Source: Trichoplax sp. H2 (taxonomy: Eukaryota). Taken from it: a stretch of 64,000 bases of DNA. How positions within the stretch are numbered: position 1 is the stretch's first letter; each line of letters begins with the position of its first letter. Under the pieces are notes generated by a model. That model did not search any database. It had not been told where the DNA came from and saw only the letters and a list, made by a program, of their open reading frames with translations. Below, piece after piece: positions 56,501-64,000 of the stretch. Location of the stretch: assembly GCA_003344405.1 (NCBI GenBank), contig NOWV01000226.1, forward strand, positions 1 through 64,000, written 5' to 3'. The position numbers and the translations under genes were made by a program.

Positions 56501-57432
56501 ATGGTCATTGCCAGTTGGTTCAAATATTCCATTGGACTACAGGCTACAGTATGAAATGAGAATTATTTTATTTTCTATTGGCAAATTGACAATAGACTTA
56601 TTTTAAAAGAATCGGCTTACGGCACATCCCTTATAGCACCAAGGTTGAAAGGATATTCTACCGTACTCCGAGTGGGCATTCGTAGGGGAAACAGGCAGTC
56701 TTGAATTGGATTGTGTATGCGTGAACATCAGAGAGTAGAAGATTATACATTCAGCTATTGTTATGATGATGATGATTTTGATTATTATTTTATTGGAGCG
56801 GACAGTGGCCATATTAAATCAAATGCTAATATATTGTAAATAATGATCTAAGAGGGATAACAGAGTGTATTATGTATCTAACCCTAAAAGCTCCAAATAA
56901 GCAGGTAACAATAAGTTACTATGACAATCAAAAATATCCAACTATTTAAGGGACGTCCTAAAGTTGCACCTTATCCAATCCTTGCTTGCGGCCTGGTATG
57001 GTATTGTTCAAGCGATTTTACCAATTGAATTCGCTAGCTCTATTTATGATTACTGTATTATAAATAAAATCGTTCCTGTGTAAGCAAGGCAGTTCATTAC
57101 AGTTATCGACATATCTACCACACATGTAGCTATTTAGAATTGGATATTACGTTGTATCACACTGCTTGGACCCCACTACCAGATAATATTCAAGGATTTT
57201 CTCCATCTTTCTTTTTCACTTCCAGTTATTTGTCTAGTACATTTCCTACTAGCAGCCAATCCTACCCGCAAAAGTGTGTGTAATATTGAACATGAATGAT
57301 GATGATTATTTTCACTTTTTTTTAACCTCAGTTTGACACTCTCCCTTGACAGAATTTCTATCGTATTTTTATTCAATCATCAGATAAAACTTAGCTTGCA
57401 CTCTTTGTTGATCGATATTTTCTTTATCTAGG

Positions 57433-60400
57433 ATGTCTACTGCCTTGGTATCTTCATTTTACGACGTTAATAATGTAATTTATAAGGTAAGTTCTCTAGG
57501 AAATAATAGCTCTAAATTATTAATAGACATAGTTCATTAGTACAGCCCTAGGCATAGGTATGTAGGCAAAATGAATAGGGGACATTTTGATTAATTGAGA
57601 ATCAGCTAAACAAGTATTTTATTAACTGGCCACTTGTTGTACCCAATCAATCCACACGAGGTGTTTTTTTTTTTTATCTATGTTTTTTCCTGTCTTTTCA
57701 AGGAAATAACATTTGTGATATAAACGATTACTACAATTTAAATTTCATAAGATTAGATCACGTCCTTTTTTCTCCTTTGGAAATTAGCATATTAATCTCA
57801 TACTGCTACTTGAAAATATTGATTCCTGACAGTGGGTTGTTTTGATTTTTTTCTTTCCATTTTTTGCTTACTGTATACCGCCTAGACTAGGTGCTTGCAC
57901 CTATTGAAAAGTGACATGGAGATTTATGCTATCTACTCGAGTTGATAATGATTGATTTTGAAGTAAACTTAATGGCAATTGCCTGGACTGGTTGGATACT
58001 CAGTAGTGCTAGTCAGCTATCCAATTTGCCCACCCTTTCTCCAGCGCCTTAGTGATTCTGTCTTGCATATTATGAATATGGATTTTAATTAATGAGTTTT
58101 ACTGTCATGTAGAAGATATTGTTATGGTTTAAATTAGCTGTAAAAGATAATGCAATAATAATGAGTTGGGAAGTTTAATTGATATTTACTTTATAGTTAC
58201 ATTATCTTCCCCAAAAAAATGGACGGGCTACTTTATTGAAGCAGTATTAACGTATTTTGTTGATGTCATGGGAGAGAAAGAATGAACTTATCTTGTGGCC
58301 ATTTTTACATTGGATTGATGATCATATTTGTATTGCGGTAGTTCAATTTGCAGTTTGATGGCTCTAAAAAATGATATTCGCAAGAAAAGTATCAGTCAAC
58401 ATGCAAGCTAATGTATTCTATACAGTATTACCGTGTACAAAGTAAGCAATAAGGCACATGACTGAATTTGCAAACTATCCAGGGCAAGGATCCAATTGTA
58501 GCTGCAGTTGACACGATATAAATGGACGTATTGCCGATACAGTCCAATTTGGTAGTTTATTATTGTTCAAACAATCATAACTGCGAGTTTTGTCAAGTAA
58601 TGAAAGAATGTTTGCAGTGTATTATGAATCACTTTTCATTATTATTCACTGCATAGTTGAATAATCAAGATGATACAATTAGGGTGGTAGGACTTACTTA
58701 ATATAGACATGGCGAGTGGATAGAGATAGAAATTAACAGTAAAATGATTTAATAGCAACGAAAATTAGAGAATTACTTTGTCATGACGATGTTGTTGAGA
58801 AAATGTCGGTTACTGTATGCTACGTGTCCATTAGGCCTATTTCTTTACCTTGTCCAACTAGACAATCCAAACCTTGTATTCGACTACAGTAGGATCATGT
58901 TAATCTTGATGAGCACTTGTTGCATTCATTTTACAGTACTGTCTTCATAATTAGTGTTACAAAGATTACAGAACGGATTTTGAAAATAAGCTAATAAGCG
59001 TGACTGCACTATTATGCTAATTGTGATTATCTAGAAGAAGAGAGAAATAATACGTTAGAAAAAAATGGCCTCCTTCCTGTACATGGTACAGGATATATCG
59101 AAGTAGATGATTTTTTATTTGTAATTCGTTGCTCCGAAGTGATGTACATTGCATTTTTCGCCTCAGCCATCTATCCTTCCATGTCTAGCATGTTGAAAGC
59201 TGTCCCATGCTATAGACTTATGACGACTACTGTAGGCTTGACTTGAAGAGTCATTCGTTAAGGCAGCACATTGGAGTGCTCCATGATGTTTCCTTGTAAA
59301 TACTTGTACTCGTACGCTATTCTCTTTTATCGTACAGTAGTACATGTCTTGTAAATGATTTATTTTTTCCTAGTTAATTTAAATTCGTTCGTATCCCTAC
59401 CCCCGGTAGACAAGCAATGTTAACAAATCACTTTTCATCCATTTTTGGGATGTTGATGAAAAGGAAAAATAGACATTAATTTGTGTACAGCATCGGCCAG
59501 GTATCAATATCACGTTTTTTAAATAGATGAATTGATTTAGTGTCTGTACAAAGGCAGATTACAGATTGGAGTTTTTATCCGACCCTTTTCCCCTTTCCTG
59601 TATGGTTTTACCAATTAGTGTTAGGTTTGGATCGTTGTATCGAATCAATCGCTGTAGCCTATTGGATTCCATGGACGATGATAGGTCGTCAACGATTAGA
59701 GCGACTTGGCAGGAAAAGAGTTTTTAGGGGAGGGAGCGAATTGACAGACAAATGACAGACGATACGATGCTTTGAATGACAATAAATTAGGGATTCTCAT
59801 TAAATGCATGGCGAATAGATTGAATCTATTCTCCAAGAAATAGCATCCCCCTAGACGATGTAAAACTCCATTTGTTGCTGTCCAATGCGCTTAGGCATGC
59901 AGCGGCCATGCACCATGATTTAAAGGGATAGAGGTGAACAGCGCACATCAATCTGGCTAACTCGTGGTCGTAGAAGAAACTGGAAATCGTGCGTCATGCA
60001 TGCGTGTCGTGCCAGTGGAGCTGAAGTACAGTACCAACGGCCGGCCACGTTACGTAATCGTTGCTGGTCACCCTTTAGAAAGTGATGTGACTGTAGTAGT
60101 TGATGGATAGGCGTGCGTCACCTTGCGCTCCTTGTCAAAAACCTTTTGGACAGTGTACTCGGACTGCCATACATATCGCATGCGATTCCATCCATGAAAG
60201 GAGAAAAGTAAATTGAAAAATTTCTTGCCCATCCATTTGAGTAGTTTTACATCCTTGTCGCCTTGCTTTGAATGATTCTCTACTATTAGAAAAGACGCCC
60301 ATTGACGTTGAAGGGAGTTGATGTTATTTCCCATTTTTTTTTTCTTTGTTCTACAGTACTTGGTTTCAATGCAAGATTAGATTACGTTAGATTAAGATTA

Positions 60401-61925
60401 AAATGAGATTAGCAACCAAGTCATTGGTGATAAAATATTGATTGAAAATCTTTTTTTTTCCCCCCCTTGTTTATGTATGTGGATACGTGGATGTGGGTTA
60501 TGATTGCCACTGTAGAATAACAACAAAGCACAATATCAAAATTCTTACGATCATAAAGGCAAGCACGATAATCGTCGACAATCGTCGTCTTCTTCCGCTG
60601 TCAATCACCATCATAATAATCAACATCCTCGACGAAACTCTTCAGGGTTAATCAGCAAATCTCATCATTCATCCATGATCAATGTTGCATCTGCCAATAC
60701 CATGAACCATAATGGTCATAGCAATTCCAACAAAAATCATCATAATCATTTAGATCGTGGTAGTGAAAACGAGGATGAACGCAAACGAGTCATTAACTCA
60801 AGTCGTTACAAGACAGAATTATGCCGACCTTTCGAAGAAAGTGGTACCTGTAAATATGGCGATAAATGCCAATTTGCTCATGGTATACACGAATTGCGAG
60901 CACTAGCGCGACATCCTAAATATAAAACAGAATTATGTCGAACTTATCATACTATTGGATTTTGCCCTTATGGACCACGATGCCATTTCATCCATAATGA
61001 AGATGAAAAACGACAACCATCAATCGGCAATAATTCATCATCCTCCAATAATGCTCCTCTCAATACCAACACTGCAACCAATGGAAACTTAATCAATAAA
61101 AATGGACGTGGCCAACAACAACATCATCACCATCATCATCATCATCATCATCATCAAGGTTATCAACAATCCATTCCACTACCTGATGATCACAAGGAAG
61201 GTGTACAAATGACCATGTCAAGGTCGGCCGATTCATTTAAACTCTTGCTCGAGAAAGATGTTAGCGTTCAAGAAGCACGCCATGCTAAATATATGGTCAA
61301 CAATAATCATAACAACAACTTGGCCTACTCCAATAATGATAATTGCAGTAATAGCAGTAGTAGCAACAGCAGCCAAACTGGTAGTACTGGCAGTAATGGC
61401 CGAATAGAGAACAATTTTAGAAATCACTATGGCAATAATAAAAAAATGCAATCTGCCAATAACAACAACACTACCGCTTACAGTGTTATCGGTGGACATC
61501 GCCGAAAAAATCTATCCTATCCTACTACCGACAGCGGTAATTATTCACCGGTCGCTTCACCTATTGCAATACAACCACCGGCAGTAGTGGAAAGTTCAAA
61601 TACGTTATCATCGCCATCACCACCGGTTCAACAATTTCGTTCGCTTAGCTTAGGCCAACCGGAAAATTTCAACCATAGTGAATCACCGGTTATTTACAAC
61701 GATATTGTGTCATTAATTGGGCCAGAAAGTAACGCCTCTGACGATGTCTTTGAAAATAATAATCAACACTCGTCTTACGACAATTCTACCGATCAATTAT
61801 CCAACAATGACAGCGGTAAAATAAGTGATAATGAAGATAGTGCTAGTAGCAATAGCAGTGTTTGCAGCGGTATGGACGATTTAAACTTGCGTCGTTTACC
61901 TGTCTTTGATAGCTTTCTCAATTAA
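57433..61925 (+). CDS. ZFP36L: ZFP36L1/L2-like (TIS11/tristetraprolin family) tandem CCCH mRNA-decay protein; exon 1 57433-57486, exon 2 60516-61925 (~487 aa)
   Basis: Tandem zinc fingers RYKTELC..C..C..H / KYKTELC..C..C..H and C-terminal RRLPVF CNOT1-binding motif. Exon 1 [24 protein letters not shown] joins in phase 0 to TGTAG|AATAAC, and the frame is open into the tracked ORF at 60675. Confidence 0.93.
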
Positions 61926-64000
61926 GTTCAAAATAATTCAAGCCATGCTAGTTTGCGCTCAACGCTATAGTAAACTGTATCAACATCATCGTCAAGTGAT
62001 ACAGGTATGGGTACAAAAAATAACATTGCAACCACCTTGTTAATTTAATAGACACAATAATTAAAAAGAAGAATATTAAGCAACTTTAGCCCTCAAGGAA
62101 AGAAATCGTAAAATAAATTGCAACGGATGAATGGTTGGTCTCTGTGCTAGTACAATGAATACATACTGCTGTAATGGATAATTGAATATTCTTGGTCAAA
62201 ATAGAATTGTGACTATTTTTAAGTCGAGATTTTGGGGGGATTGCATTCATGTATATTAGACATACACACTATATATAATACATATACATATTGTATTAAC
62301 AGTATACAGACATACCCTCTAGTATGATGTACTTCAATCAATCGTAAACTATTTGGACGCATAAAAAAGCGATTAGGATTATCTACGATTTATCTCTATC
62401 GTTGATATTAAGATTTTATATTATCTAGTCGCTGAAACAGTCGATAAAATGCTGTATCATGAACATGTACCTAAACTGCTAGGGTTAGGAAATTTTCTTA
62501 ACGTTATACGGATCTTGTGATTTCAACTACAATTAATATTATTAATAAGATACTACGGCATAATTAATCCAGATGTATCCCACTTTAATATCTAGTATTT
62601 ATTCCTTACCCTCATGCAAAAGTACCCATCAAATAATGCTTCTCAATCTAATTACCTCATTGTAAAGTACAGTTGGTCCACTTGCATGAAAAATTATTTA
62701 TCGAGACGCATATTTTTGATTGAAACTTTTTTTTCTCCTTTGATTGTTTGATTTTATCTATTCTAAGCATGTACTCTTGTCACCTGTACCTACCAAGAAT
62801 ATATTACAGGAATGATTGATCGATTCTACTTTGAACAATTTTGATACTTCTCTATGCAGAGGATATTTTTGGGGGGCATGTCTTTTTGTCAACAAAAATG
62901 GTAAAGTAACTTACTAACTATTGCATCTTATAACAATATTTTATTTGGATAGGAGGCCTATATTAATTCAAAGTTAATGTATCGATCGATTTGATGCTAC
63001 TAGTGATTTTTTTTCAAACATGTTAGTCGCCCAACTGACAAATTATATAGGATAATTGCGTCCAATAGATCTATATTTGTATCGCGTATCGCACGCTTGA
63101 TGTATGTGATATAGAGATAGCTATACATGCATATTCGTATATACAGTATAGTATTTTTTTGTTTTTTTTAAAATATGTTGAACTCTATTCATGGCATCTT
63201 ACGAAAAATTGTTCGCTGTATTGATTGAAAATGTATCATCCTCAACTAAGTTGAACAGTGCTACACGAAATTTATGTCATACATAAGATAGAAATTGATA
63301 GATGTCAATGCACTAAGCGCCATGCTTATGCGTGATTGCATCGTCATCCCGTACATCATCATTAGTATGGAAAATAGTGCAAGTATCACTCTTAATAGAG
63401 ATCTCTATTTCGCTAATCATTGTTCTTTGTACGCTTTATTCTGAACAATCGCATTTGTTTTCTATGTTTTCACTGGTAAAATCATGTGAGGTAACAAAGT
63501 TATTTATTTACCTGTCAAGACCAATTTATTAATATTTAAAAAGTAATCGGAGAATAACTTGAAGAATAATTTGCTTAGACAATTACTTTGTTTGCTTTTA
63601 TATTATCAAATTAATAACAATCAGCACAAAGAGATAAAAAAAAATGGAGAACTCCTTAATATCGTAACAAGAACACCATCATTGCAAGACTACTGTACTA
63701 TTATTTTGGATCTTCATCGACCAAGGAACATGCTTTTATTATATAATACACAAGATTGCATAAAGCACCGACATATCGAACGTGCATCTTGATTTAATTT
63801 ATCCAACATGACATGAATGACGAAGAAGCATCATTTATCAATAACGTTCTATAGGCACTTTATACTTTTATCAAGTCTTCACAATTTTTTCTATGTTATT
63901 ACGGTAACTATTTTGTTTTTTATTAAGTATCTATGCAACACATAATATTAAATGTTGTCAATGTAAGTTATAATTATTTTTTTTTCGTATTATCTTATAG

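Noticed and set aside
61120..61156. (CAT)n poly-histidine tract in ZFP36L
   Set aside because: Ordinary coding microsatellite in a low-complexity region.

Overview
AT-rich eukaryotic animal genomic DNA with many short GT-AG introns and pervasive ACAGT/ACTGT pentamers, most consistent with a placozoan (Trichoplax-like) draft assembly; this is inference, not a database result. Left to right: (1) the 5' edge of an rDNA unit (partial ITS2, 5.8S, ITS1, 18S, 5'ETS; minus strand). (2) A 5-exon UPF0764/C16orf89-like membrane protein gene (-). (3) A 5-exon ZNF410-like C2H2 gene with 7 fingers (+). (4) A ~4 kb nest of mobile elements: a solo LTR with a 5-bp TSD, a hAT-like MITE with an 8-bp TSD, and a near-perfect 150-bp foldback MITE with a 6-bp TSD whose empty site is visible in the apparent other haplotype. 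(5) ATG2, ~40 exons (+). (6) An intronless DHX8/Prp22 CDS (-) with an upstream VNTR. (7) A second repeat/TE zone with a second LTR copy, a minisatellite and a possible decayed BTB-BACK pseudogene. (8) A catalytically dead SBF-like myotubularin with a C-terminal PH domain but apparently no DENN region (+). (9) A ~10 kb gene-poor stretch. (10) A two-exon ZFP36L1/L2-like (TIS11) gene whose short first exon is missing from the ORF track. Both N-gaps are flanked by near-identical duplicated sequence that looks like unmerged alleles.
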